DNA of 64,000 nucleotides from Macrostomum lignano (Eukaryota), in assembly GCA_002269645.1 (NCBI GenBank), contig NIVC01000655.1, positions 124,001-188,000 on the forward strand. The letters are read 5' to 3'. The notes under the pieces are model-generated. The model was not told the origin of the DNA. It made no database searches and saw only the letters and a list, made by a program, of their open reading frames with translations. Of this stretch, positions 26,367 to 39,246 are shown in pieces. The position numbers and the translations under genes were made by a program. How positions within the stretch are numbered: the stretch's first letter is position 1; every line of letters begins with the position of its first letter.

Positions 26367-27024
26367 CTTTTAGCTGAATAAAGGTAAAACATTAGCAAGA
26401 CTCTATATTCACAGTAATAAACTCTTGTTAAATAATAATAATTCTATAAAATTGAAGATAACTACATGAATAATATACTATGAAACCACTCTAATGACTT
26501 AGTTACAATATTAATACAATACGTAACGAACAGAAATCGCACAATAACAATATTGTTGTGCATTAACTATTATTAAATACAAAATTCTAAGTGCAGAAAG
26601 ATATTGAAGTAACTTTTTTTACAATACTTTCATTATAATAATAGTATTTTTATTACAGACGAAATTGACAAAAGAGAGGCAAGGTATAAACAAATAGATA
26701 CGATGGGTACAGGGGCTGCTGACACTTGGTCACTGCAGTAAGTACAGCTACGAATGAGGACTGAGTGATGACAAATCCTATAGACAAAAACCTGTGCATG
26801 AGATTTTATCAACAGCTACGGTGAAGACGTTGCATTTTATAAAAACATTTCGTGGAGTTTACATTGTTTTTAATGTAATTTAGTGTAAGCAATGGACATT
26901 GCGCTGTTATAGTGCTGCTCACACCTTGTATAAACAGCAGCGGAGACTCAACAAAGATTTGGTAGCTTGATAGATTCTTGATTATCTGGCAACTAATAGT
27001 CAACAAGACAGGTAGGAACTTAAG

Positions 27025-27063
<39 letters not shown>

Positions 27064-27064
27064 C

Positions 27065-27099
<35 letters not shown>

Positions 27100-27168
27100 C
27101 ATAGACATACAGACAGACAGAGAGACACAGACAGACAGACAGAGACAGACAGACAGACAGACAGACAC

Positions 27169-27219
<51 letters not shown>

Positions 27220-27246
27220 CAGACAGACAAACAGACAGAGACAGAC
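27025..27246. repeat. (GACA)n microsatellite just 3' of the MATH-BTB stop
   Basis: Direct. Confidence 0.92.
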
Positions 27247-27280
27247 AAAGCTGAGCGGAAAGGAGTAGAACAAGCCATGC

Positions 27281-27852
27281 TCACAAAGACTGATAGACTC
27301 TGTTGCGCCCAGAAGCAGAGGAAGCGGCAGAGTGCTGCTGCTGCTGCTGTTGCTGCTGCTGAGCTGGCGGCAGGCAGAGGGCACTAGAGGAGCGGGAGGC
27401 GGGCTGCCCGCCAGACACGGATGAATCATCCCGCCTGTCCAGCAGCCGCTCCATGACCTGGGCCCGATGAGGCGGACTCAATCGGAGGAAGCTGTTGGAA
27501 GATTTGATCTCACTCCAGGCCAGGTCTTCAACCAGCTCTAGGCAGGTCTGCTCGACAAAGTCGGAATTGATGTAGAGCGAGTTTATTAGCAGCACGTGCA
27601 AGCAGATTGAAGCGTTCAATACGCGCATGATGAACTGGAGACACTTGGCCCGCACTTTGGCGCACAGATATTTGTCGGCTAAGCGGCATAGAGATTCCAG
27701 CGTTTCCATGGTTACAGGGACGCCGCAGTCCGGATAGAGCTGCTCTAGAAACGCTCTGACCTGCGTTTGGTTATAAAAAAATCAATAATTACAAAATAAT
27801 GATATACTAAAGAATAGTAGTAGTAGTAGTAGCAGTAGTAGTAGTAGTAGTT

Positions 27853-27900
<48 letters not shown>

Positions 27901-27920
27901 ATAGTAGTAGTAGTAGTAGC

Positions 27921-27955
<35 letters not shown>

Positions 27956-27992
27956 CAGCAGTAGTAGTAGTAGTAGTAGCAGTAGTAGTAGC

Positions 27993-28048
<56 letters not shown>

Positions 28049-28178
28049 TAGTAGCAGTAGTAGTAGTAGTAGTAGCAGTAGTAGTAGTAGTAGTAGTAGC
28101 AGTAGTAGTAGTAGTAGTAGTAGCAGTAGTAGTAGTAGCAGTAGTAGTAGTAGTAGTAGTAGCAGTAGTAGTAGTAGC

Positions 28179-28219
<41 letters not shown>

Positions 28220-28310
28220 CAGTAGTAGTAGTAGTAGTAGTAGCAGTAGCAGTAGTAGTAGCAGTAGTAGCAGTAGTAGTAGCAGTAGTAGTAGTAGTAG
28301 TAGCAGTAGC

Positions 28311-28346
<36 letters not shown>

Positions 28347-29982
28347 TTTAGCAGCTTTTTGCTTGACATCCGGCCATAGACAATGAAGCCAATAAATCAA
28401 ATATTACATCGACAGCTATCCAGCCACCCAGGGCAAATACCTCATCAAACTCCTCGTCCTCCAGAGTCACGAGGCCGCTCTGTTTCTCCTTAAATTCGCT
28501 GGCTAACAGGCCGCGAAAGAATTCAGACTCCAGCAGCAGCACGTCTCGGTGGCAATACAACCGACGATTCTGGCATTCGATAATCAAATTAGACCCGGGA
28601 TTGCTGGCTGAGCACAGGTCTATCGGTTTCTCGCGCAGCACAATGCCGTCCGACACTTCGTGTACTCGAATTCGCAGCCGGGCTACGAGTCTCTCGCAAG
28701 CTGAGGAGCCGCCGCCGCCGCTCCCGCCGGCGTCCGATCCGGCGTCGTCGTTTGCGCCGCCGCCGATGCAGCTGCTCAGGGCCGCTGAGGACAGCCGGCG
28801 CACCTGTTTTATTGAGAATTGGGGATGCCGGATAAAAACACGTCAAGTTGAGCAAAAGCTGTCTTGGGTCAGGTGGAGTTTCAATTATACCTGTGTCAAT
28901 AGATGCTGAGTACTCAGACAGCAGACACTCCACCGGAACAGAACTCAGACAGCAGACACTCCACCGGAACAGAACTCACACAGCAGACACTCCACCGGAA
29001 CAGAACTCACACAGCAGACACTCCACCGGAACAGAACTCACACAGCAGACAGTCCACAGGAATAGAACTCAGACAGCAGACACTCCACAGGAACAGAACT
29101 CAGACAGCAGACACTCCACCGGAGGAGAACTCAGACAGCAGACACTCCACCGGAGGAGAACTTAGACAGCAGACACTCCACAGGAACAGAACTCAGACAG
29201 CAGACACTCCACCGGAACAGAACTCAGACAGCAGACACTCCACCGGAGGAGAACTCAGACAGCAGACACTCCACAGGAACAGAACTCAGACAGCAGACAC
29301 TCCACCGGAACAGAACTCAGACAGCAGACAGTCCACCGGAGGAGAACTCAGACAGCAGACAGTCCACAGGAATAGAACTCAGACAGCAGACACTCCACCG
29401 GAGGAGAACTCAGACAGCAGACACTCCACAGGAACAGAACTCAGACAGCAGACACTCCACCGGAGGAGAACTCAGACAGCAGACACTCCACCGGAACAGA
29501 ACTCAGACAGCAGACACTCCACCGGAGGAGAACTGAGACAGCGGACCCTCAAAAGCACAGATGCTCTATAAACTCACCGAAATGAAATTCTTAATGCCCC
29601 AGGTGAGCTGCTGCACTCCCCGTACACAAGCTTGAAACAGTTTATCGGAATGCTGATGCCGTTTCAAGGCGATGCGCAGGCCTCTACCATCGGCGCGTTG
29701 CAGACTGAAGTCGATGCTGAAGGTGGCCCGCACTCGATAATAAGACATAGCCGTGCGCGGCTGTACGTGCAGAAAATAGCTGACAAACGGGCCAGATTGG
29801 CTCTGACTGCGAAACAGCCTCAGTGTCCATTTTAAATGGGCATCCCAATTTGGTAGGCGGAGTTCGATAAATTCTTTAAAATCGGCATCGGACACAATGC
29901 GAGACACTGGCAAACTGACGGTCGCGTGATCGAAATCTGACGACTCCTCTTCGGCTGAGGCGGCACTGAAAGATTCGTCCAT
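27281..29982 (-). CDS. MATH + BTB/POZ domain protein; exons 29982-29578, 28803-28441, 27760-27281
   Basis: MATH-like [21 protein letters not shown]; [39 protein letters not shown]. Three phase-0 exons with GTGAGT/GTATTT donors and CAG acceptors. Confidence 0.85.
27815..28346. repeat. (TAG)n/(CAG) microsatellite in MATH-BTB intron 2
   Basis: Direct; reads (CTA)n on the sense strand. Confidence 0.95.
28910..29545. repeat. 31-bp minisatellite (CAGACAGCAGACACTCCACCGGAACAGAACT) in MATH-BTB intron 1
   Basis: Direct. Confidence 0.95.
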
Positions 29983-30144
29983 ATTGCTGAGCACTGCTAG
30001 GCTGAAATTTAGTCAGTTTTTTAGTGCAGACAGGCTAACTATACTACTGAAAGTAGAAATCAATAAACTAAAAGGAACACTTATGCACGGGCATTATTTT
30101 ATTGGATAAATAAATCCGATGTCTCCGTATTTGTCCGTTTGTCC

Positions 30145-30147
30145 GGC

Positions 30148-30183
<36 letters not shown>

Positions 30184-30220
30184 AGTCTGTCTGTCTGTCT
30201 GTCTGTCTGCCTGTCTGTCA

Positions 30221-30260
<40 letters not shown>
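30145..30260. repeat. (CTGT)n microsatellite upstream of MATH-BTB
   Basis: Direct; on the minus strand it begins at a GTAAGA donor-like site. Confidence 0.9.
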
Positions 30261-30611
30261 TACTGTCTTGGAGTCGGTCGGTCTGAGGGGTACCTAGCCC
30301 TAAGAGTGAGATGCTGAGATACCAATTGGCCCAATGGAGGAGCTGCTGAGGGAGTTTCTATATAAATAATACGAGCAAAGGTGCTGATCGTGATCCTAAT
30401 CGGTGAATGTTAGCTATTAAACAAGAATGCCTGATGCTATTAGGCACGATGCCTGAGATAAAAAAATAAAAAAGTCAAGACAGAACCAGCAAGTTTACTC
30501 CAATTTGAAACCCTCTCTCTTTAATTCCAATTTCAATCTCGACCATATCAATCAGATGCAGCGCCAGGTCATCACGCAGTCACACAAAGTTCCTCATCAG
30601 TTCAACTAAAA

Positions 30612-30962
30612 TCACTTAGCAACGGTGACTTCCACTTCAACCTCGGGCTCGATGCTGATGCTAGTGATCTGCTTGACAGTCTCGGCTGGCGACTGCAGAT
30701 CGATGAGTCGCTTGTGCAGCCTCAGCCGGTAGCGGTCCCAGGTTTTTGAGCCTTCGCCGCAGGGTGTCTTACGGGTGGTGAGGCTCAACACCTTAGTAGG
30801 CATGCGGACCGGACCCTTCACTGGCAGATTCTTATCTTTGGCACCTTTGATTAAGTCGGCGCAGACTTTCTCTAGGCTGCGCACGTTCTTGGATGTCAGG
30901 GTGATGCGAATGCGGTGCACCTGGGCCTGTTGCAGGTCTTCCTTGCCTTCTTTGGCGTCCAT
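30612..30962 (-). CDS. RPS20: 40S ribosomal protein S20 (uS10), 116 aa
   Basis: [41 protein letters not shown]. Confidence 0.98.
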   Translation of the reverse strand: MDAKEGKEDLQQAQVHRIRITLTSKNVRSLEKVCADLIKGAKDKNLPVKGPVRMPTKVLSLTTRKTPCGEGSKTWDRYRLRLHKRLIDLQSPAETVKQITSISIEPEVEVEVTVAK

Positions 30963-31069
30963 GGCTTGTTGGATTAGGCTTAGTTAATTAATTAGGATTG
31001 ATTGGACTTGCCCGAGTATACTCTTCGATAGCAGAGCAGCGCTGAGGGAGCTGAAAATATTAATATTTA

Positions 31070-31850
31070 GGCGGCTAGATAAAAAAGCTGATTATATAAA
31101 GTGATAGCGGCTAGATCAAACAGCTGATTATATATAGTGATAGCGGCTAGATCAAACAGCTGATTATATATAGTGATAGCGGCTAGATCGAACAGCTGAT
31201 GGTATTTATCGATAGCGGCTAGATCAAACAGCTGATTATATATAGTGATAGCGGCTAGATCAAACAGTTGATTATATATAATGATAGCGGCTAGATCAAA
31301 CAGCTGATTATATATAGTGATAGCGGCTAGATCAAACAGCTGATTATATATAGTGATAGCGGCTAGATCAAACAGCTGATTATATATAGTGATAGCGGCT
31401 AGATCAAACAGCTGATTGTATATATCGATAGCGGCTAGATCAAAGAGTTGATGGTAGATAGTGATGGCGGTTAGATCAAAGAGCTTGGGCAGATTGTGAT
31501 AGCGGCTAGATTAAACAGCTGGTGGTATATAGTGATTGCGGCTAGATCAAACAGCTGATGGTAGATAGTGATGTCGGTTAGATCAAAGAGCTTTGGCAGA
31601 TTGTGATGGCGGCTAGATCAAAGACTTGATGGTAGATAGTGATGGCGGTTAGATCAAAGAGCTTGGGTAGATTGTGATAGCGGCTAGATTAACCAGCTGA
31701 TGGTATATAGTGATTGCGGCTAGATCAAACAGCTGATGGTAGATAGTGATGTCGGTTAGATCAAAGAGCTTTGGCAGATTGTGATGGTGGCTAGATCAAA
31801 CAGCTGATGATAGATAGTGATGCGGCTAGATCAAGGAGCTTGAGTAGATA
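31070..31850. repeat. 36-bp minisatellite (GATAGCGGCTAGATCAAACAGCTGATTATATATAGT) between BLOC1S4 and RPS20
   Basis: Direct; degenerates towards higher coordinates. Confidence 0.92.
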
Positions 31851-32342
31851 CTGATGATATTAGCTTAAAAAGACAGAATATACTGTTTTAGACTCCACTG
31901 TATACTTTCAAAAATAATGAAGTGAAACAATAAAAAAAGACTAAAAAATCAGCTCAAAACACTTATACTGATTTGCTTGCTTGCGACAGCCAGTAATTAT
32001 GCTAACCTGATCAACAAGTTAACAATACGATATTACAATCAAGACAAAAATTAATGCAAGAATTTACAAAAAAACCCAAAATCCAATTTCTCTACAAAAA
32101 TCTGGTACATCAATAGAACAGAGAAAATATGGTTTATTAGTACGATATGTAAGTCAATAATGAAATTACAAATATTGAAATTTTTAATAATAATGAAATA
32201 TTATACAATAATAGGGTTCTGATGACAGCCAAAGAGTTTATTGAACATCACATACGATAATATTATGTTGTTTAATCCAACCGCGTTATTTTTCTTAGAA
32301 ATAAGCAACAGAAACCTCGAACTGTCGTACAGCCTTTTTATT

Positions 32343-35300
32343 CTACGATTTATTTTGTTCCAAATCGGTAGCCGCTGAGTCTGATGCTTTCGTTGCTTCT
32401 GTACTTTCATTGCCGCTTTTAAAGTAGTCATCGCATGAGAACACTTCCGGCGGATGAAATGTTGCAACTGGCTCACTCTCTGGTCGCTTTAGAGACGAGC
32501 GGGGCTGAATTGTGATGGAAGGAAGTAACCATTGTAACTGCGATTTTTTCAATGTAAGATGCTGGAAATACTGTGTATGAGTAGTATCTTAACAGACAGG
32601 TACACATCCCTTCATCAGCCCGATTCAGCCGGGAATATTGGGTGATTGCATCAGTGACAGCCTCACTCACAGATCACCATGATCACATGGGAGTATTAGG
32701 TGACTGCATCAGTGACATCCTCACTCACAGATCCCCATGATCAGCCGGGAATATTGGGTTCTGCATCAGTGACATCCTCACTCACAGATCCCCATGATCA
32801 GCTGGGAATACTGGGTGTCTGCATCAGTGACAGCCTCACTCACAGATCCCCATGATCACCTGGGAATATTGGGTGACTGCATCAGTGACATCCTCACTCA
32901 CAGATCCCCATGATCAGCCGGGAATATTGGGTTCTGCATCAGTGACAGCCTCACTCACAGATCCCCATGATCAGCCGGGAATATTGGGTTCTGCATCAGT
33001 GACATCCTCACTCACAGATCCCCATGATCAGCTGGGAATATTGGGTGTCTGCATCAGTGACATCCTCACTCACAGATCCCCATGATCAGCTGGGAATACT
33101 GGGTGTCTGCATCAGTGACAGCCTCACTCACAGATCCCCATGATCACCTGGGAATATTGGGTGACTGCATCAGTGACATCCTCACTCACAGATCCCCATG
33201 ATCAGCCGGGAATATTGGGTTCTGCATCAGTGACATCCTCACTCACAGATCCCCATGATCAGCCGGGAATATTGGGTTCTGCATCAGTGACATCCTCACT
33301 CACAGATCCCCATGATCAGCTGGGAATATTGGGTGTCTGCATCAGTGACATCCTCACTCACAGATCCCCATGATCACATGGGAATATTGGGTGACTGCAT
33401 CAGTGACAGCCTCACTCACAGATCCCCATGATCACCTGGGAATATTGGGTGACTGCATCAGTGACATCCTCACTCACAGATCCCCATGATCACATGAGAA
33501 TATTGGGTGTCTGCATCAGTGACAGCCTCACTCACAGATCCCCATGATCAGCTGGGAATATTGGGTGATTGCATCAGTGACAGCCTCACTCACAGATCCC
33601 CATGATCAGCTGGGAATATTGGGTGACTGCATCAGTGACATCCTCACTCACAGATCCCCATGATCACCTGGGAATATTGGGTGATTGCATCAGTGACAGC
33701 CTCACTCACAGATCCCCATGATCACCTGGGAATATTGGGTGATTGCTTCAGTGACAGCCTCACTCACAGATCCCCATGATCACCTGGGAATATTGGGTGA
33801 TTGCATCAGTGACAGCCTCACTCACAGATCCCCATGATCAGCTGGGAATATTGGGTGACTGCATCAGTGACATCCTCACTCACAGATCCCCATGATCAGC
33901 TGGGAATATTGGGTGATTGCATCAGTGACAGCCGCACTCACAGATCCCCATGATCACCTGGGAATATTGGGTGATTGCATCAGTGACAGCCTCACTCACA
34001 GATCCCCATGATCACCTGGGAATATTGGGTGACTGCATCAGTGACAGCCTCACTCACAGATCCCCATGATCAGCTGGGAATATTGGGTGACTGCATCAGT
34101 GACAGCCTCACTCACAGATCCCCATGATCAGCTGGGAATATTGGGTGACTGCATCAGTGACATCCTCACTCACAGATCCCCATGATCAGCTGGGAATATT
34201 GGGTGACTGCATCAGTGACAGCCTCACTCACAGATCCCCATGATCAGCTGGGAATATTGGGTGACTGCATCAGTGACATCCTCACTCACAGATCCCCATG
34301 ATCAGCTGGGAATATTGGGTGTCTGCATCAGTGACAGCCTCACTCACAGATCCCCATGATCACATGGGAATATTGGGTGACTGCATCAGTGACATCCTCA
34401 ATCACAGATCCCCATGATCAGCTGGGAATATTGGGTGTCTGCATCAGTGACATCCTCAATCACAGATCCCCATGATCACATGGGAATATTGGGTGTCTGC
34501 ATCAGTGACATCCTCAATCACAGATCCCCATGATCACATGGGAATATTGGGTGTCTGCATCAGTGACATCCTCACTCACAGATCCCCATGATCAGCTGGG
34601 AATACTGGGTGTCTGCATCAGTGACAGCCTCACTCACAGATCCCCATGATCAGCTGGGAATACTGGGTGTCTGCATCAGTGACATCCTCAATCACAGATC
34701 CCCATGATCAGCAGGGAATATTGGGTGTCTGCATCAGTGACATCCTCAACAACAAATCTACAACCGTTTATCAAAAATCAGTGAAATCAGTAAAACACCA
34801 AAGACACCCCTATACCTACGGATGCAAGAAATTTCATACACTTACAGTTAATCGAGACCTAATAGACTTCTTCAAAGACGTGAACTGTCCAATCTCAGTT
34901 TCGGCTAATGAGACTTTAGCCTCCAGAGTGTCCACATTCTGTTTGACAGTCTGTACCATTCTGTCTAAATTGTCAATCTGCAACAGCAACGGCTCGAGCT
35001 GTCGGGTGCTTGCTAACACCTGCGGCAGTAAGGTGCCCAAACAGTGAGCGCTCTCCGATCTGATTAAATCAATTAGCGCGCAATAATCTTCTAGTCGAGC
35101 CAGCAAAATCTCCACTGTATCATCAAACTCCTTCTCCTGCGGGAGAGGCGTGCGGACTGATATCTAGCGGGCTGCTGTTGCCATTGACCCTGCTAAGGCA
35201 CTGATGCTGGCAGTGCACTGACTCACTAGGGCACTGATGCTGGCAGCGCACTCACCCTAGGGCACTGATGCTGGCAGTGCACTGGCTCACTAGGGCACTG

Positions 35301-37229
35301 ATGCCAGCAGTGCACTGGCTCACTAGGGCACTGATGCTGGCAGTGCACTGGCTCACTAGGGCACTGATGCCAGCAGTGCACTGACTCACTAGGGCACTGA
35401 TGTCAGCAGTGCACTGACTCACTAGGGTACTGATGCTGGCAGTGCACTGACTCACTAGGGTACTGATGCTGGCAGTGCACTGACTCACTAGGGCACTGAT
35501 GTCAGCAGTGCACTGACTCACTAGGGTACTGATGTCAGCAGTGCACTGACTCACTAGGGTACTGATGCTGGCAGTGCACTGACTCACTAGGGTACTGAAG
35601 CTGGCAGTGCACTGACTCACTAGGGCACTGATGCCAGCAGTGCACTGACTCACTAGGGCACTGATGCCAGCAGTGCACTGACTCACTAGGGCACTGATGC
35701 TGGCAGTGCACTGACTCACTAGGGCACTGATGCCAGCAGTGCACTGACTCACTAGGGCACTGATGCCAGCAGTGCACTGACTCACTACGGCACTGATGTC
35801 AGCAGTGCACTGACTCACTAGGGTACTGATGCTGGCAGTGCACTGACTCACTAGGGTACTGATGCCAGCAGTGCACTGACTCACTAGGGTACTGATGCCA
35901 GCAGTGCACTGACTTACTAGGGCACTGATGCCAGCAGTGCACTGACTCACTAGGGTACTGATGCTGGCAGTGCACTGACTCACTAGGGTACTGATGTCAG
36001 CAGTGCACGGACTCACTAGGGTACTGATGCTGGCAGTGCACTGACTCACTAGGGTACTGATGTCAGCAGTGCACTGACTCACTAGGGCACTGATGTCAGC
36101 AGTGCACTGACTCACTAGGGTACTGATGCTGGCAGTGCACTGACTCACTAGGGTACTGATGTCAGCAGTGCACTGACTCACTAGGGTACTGATGCTGGCA
36201 GTGCACTGACTCACTAGGGTACTGATGTCAGCAGTGCACTGACTCACTAGGGCACTGATGTCAGCAGTGCACTGACTCACTAGGGTACTGATGCTGGCAG
36301 TGCACTGACTCACTAGGGTACTGATGCTGGCAGTGCACTGACTCACTAGGGTACTGATGCTGGCAGTGCACTGACTCACTAGGGTACTGAAGCTGGCAGT
36401 GCACTGACTCACTAGGGCACTGATGCCAGCAGTGCACTGACTCACTAGGGCACTGATGCTGGCAGTGCACTGACTCACTAGGGTACTGATGTCAGCAGTG
36501 CACTGACTCACTAGGGCACTGATGTCAGCAGTGCACTGACTCACTAGGGTACTGATGCTGGCAGTGCACTGACTCACTAGGGTACTGATGCTGGCAGTGC
36601 ACTGACTCACTAGGGTACTGAAGCTGGCAGTGCACTGACTCACTAGGGCACTGATGCTGGCAGTGCACTGACTCACTAGGGTACTGATGTCAGCAGTGCA
36701 CTGACTCACTAGGGCACTGATGCCAGCAGTGCACTGACTCACTAGGGCACTGATGCCAGCAGTGCACTGACTCACTAGGGCACTGATGCTGGCAGTGCAC
36801 TGACTCACTAGGGTACTGATGTCAGCAGTGCACTGACTCACTAGGGCACTGATGTCAGCAGTGCACTGACTCACTAGGGTACTGATGCCAGCAGTGCACT
36901 GACTCACTAGGGTACTGATGCTGGCAGTGCACTGACTCACTAGGGTACTGATGTCAGCAGTGCACTGACTCACTAGGGCACTGATGCCAGCAGTGCACTG
37001 ACTTACTAGGGTACTGATGCTCTTGCAGCACTAACATGGCTGATTACTAGTCCAGAAAGATTCATATTGGCTTTGCAAATGATGAGCATTGTGACAATCT
37101 TACCTGAGGAATTGGAAAGCTAGTAAACAAATTTACAACATCTTTACAGAGAGCCTCTGCAGCAATGACAGGATCAACATCTGTGCTTTCATCAGTGGCT
37201 TTTGCTTGAACTATTTCAGCCTCTTGCAT
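32343..37229 (-). CDS. BLOC1S4: BLOC-1 subunit 4 (cappuccino)-like; exons 37229-37104, 35136-34846, 32504-32343
   Basis: EILLARLEDYCALIDLIRSES..QIDNLDRMVQTVKQNVDTLEAKVSLAE and C-terminal PEVFSCDDYF match the family pattern as recalled. All introns are phase 0 with GTAAG donors. Confidence 0.75.
32650..34745. repeat. 57/58-bp minisatellite, about 36 copies, BLOC1S4 intron 2
   Basis: Direct; includes a near-identical 288-bp higher-order duplication (32852 vs 33140). Confidence 0.95.
35195..37022. repeat. 33-bp minisatellite (CAGTGCACTGACTCACTAGGGTACTGATGCTGG), about 55 copies, BLOC1S4 intron 1
   Basis: Direct; each unit contains the 10-bp palindrome CAGTGCACTG. Confidence 0.95.
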
Positions 37230-37625
37230 TGTGAAACTTCTAGAAAACAACCACTGAAGTAGCATCAAAGGTAAGTGCATTGAAAATAGTTGCTAAACAA
37301 TATGATCTTTTTGCAATATCCTAGTAGCAATTTTAGTCATTTTATATACTTAACAATAAAAGGTTGGTCTTATATCAAAGCTTAATCATGATTTATTAAA
37401 ATCTGTCAAATGAAAATTAGCTTTTATTTAGTAAGCAATATAATTTCATTAACATATTAATATTGAAGGCTTTTTTGAAATACCTATCTTTAATTTGTCA
37501 TGAACATGACATTCACTATCAACTAAATGTTCAATTATTCCAAAATTGTTCCCAAAGTGTCCACTGCCAAGATGTCTCATTGCCATATTGATCATTGATA
37601 ATCTATCCCTTAGAACCTTAGGACC

Positions 37626-37918
37626 CACATATGCGCAACCTCCAAAATTCAGTTGGCCATGCGACTTAGTTTGAACAAAAATGTGACATAGTTTTTGGCC
37701 AAAAATGCAACTTACATGTAAAAGAAACCCTAAAGCAAAATTAATGCAACTTTGGGTAAATGGCAGGAGTAACTAAACTATGGCTGTCTTATTAAGGCAA
37801 AATGCTTTGTCATCTACTTAGTATTACCTGGGTATTTATTTGGGTGGGCATTTTTGTGACTTACCTTGGTTGGCTGGATCAGTCAACTCAGCCGGCTGTT
37901 GTGCATGTATGTTGTATG
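37626..37918. mobile_element. Non-autonomous hAT MITE of the same family as the adjacent full-length element
   Basis: Degenerate TIRs (CACATATGCGCAAC...GTTGTGCATGTATG) and 8-bp TSD TTAGGACC (37618-25, 37919-26). It is the colinear reverse complement of 43798-44083. Confidence 0.85.
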
Positions 37919-38394
37919 TTAGGACCCTAGTAAAAAGGCTTCAAAAAAGGTTCCTATGACATGCTAATATGCATAGGAAAGGCGTTTTAATTTTTCTAGT
38001 TTTCAAAAAACCAATTTAAAAAAACTGATATGAAAAAATATATTCTTCTGTGTTTCTAAAATTGAGCGAAGTGATAAGTTCTAGCAAAAAAATATTATAA
38101 AATAAAAAGCCTCTTTAATTTAATTGCTTTTTTCAAGACTTAACTAATCTTTTTGAATAAATATACTTGAAATTTCATTAATTATACACATACATGCGCA
38201 ACAGTCGGCCGAGTCGGCCGATCCGGCCGACCGATTTGGCGGCCAACCAAGTAAGTCGCAAAATTGATTAACCGCCAAAAAAAACGAAAAAACAAAAGAC
38301 GAAAAAGGGGAAAGGAAAAGGAAAAAACGAGAAAAAGGGAGCAAAGAGAAAGAGAAAAACACAAAAAGAGTTGTAAGTGCTGTAAGTTGCAGCA

Positions 38395-38897
38395 CTGAAG
38401 ACAAGGTAAGTCGCACCGAGGGCGAGCTAAGTCGCACCGAGGGCAAGCTAAGTCGCAGCAGGACCGAGCTAAGTCGCATCGAGGGCGAACTAAGTCGCAC
38501 CGAGCGAGAGCTAAGTCGCACTAAGGGCGAGCTAAGTCGCACCGAGGGCAAAATAAGTCGCACCGAGCGAGAGCTAAGTCGCACTAAGTCGCAGCAGGAC
38601 CGAGCTAAGTCGCACCGAGGGCGAGCTAAGTCGCAGCAGGACCGAGCTAAGTCGCACCGAGGGCGAGCTAAGTCGCAGCAGGACCGAGCTAAGTCGCACC
38701 GAGGGCGAACTAAGTCGCACCGAGCGAGAGCTAAGTCGCACTAAGTCGCAGCAGGACCAAGCTAAGTCGCACCGAGGGCGAGCTAAGTCGCACCGAGCGA
38801 GAGCTAAGTCGCACCGAGGGCGAGCTAAGTCGCAGCAGGACCGAGTAAGTCGCAGCAGGGCCGAGGTAAGTCGCAGCAGGACTGAGTTAAGTCGCAG
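38395..38897 (+). repeat. ~20-bp subterminal array of the hAT element built on CTAAGTCGCA
   Basis: Direct. TAAGTCGCA/TAAGTTGCA recurs at ~43853, ~43996 and 44041, and in reverse in the MITE. Confidence 0.88.
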
Positions 38898-39246
38898 AGC
38901 ATCTTTAGGATTATTAGGTTAGGATTAGTTTAGGATGAATTTAATGTATCACTTACTAGGGTGTAGGCTACGTGTGCATTAACGCATCAATTTGAAAAAT
39001 TAAGAATTACGAAGCCAGAAATGGCTAAGGAATAGAAATAGGGATAGAATAACTTATAAGCAGTAATTTTTCAGCCCTATTACAATTGCAAATCATACTT
39101 TTAATAATATTTAATTAGCAAATTAAAACTGCAAGATTCTAACGGTCTTATATATGAACTTAGAAGAACTGTAGTCTTAATGATTATGCATGTACCATTG
39201 TAATAATTGATTAAAATTGTAGCAGATTAAAACTGATAAAAAACTT

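Noticed and set aside
35252-36973. 573-aa ORF and other long repetitive ORFs (10280-11268, 18502-19658, 27782-28400, 28903-29571, 49587-50210, 55057-55933, 24103-24568)
   Set aside because: They are translations of stop-free tandem repeats, several inside introns of genes defined by flanking exons.
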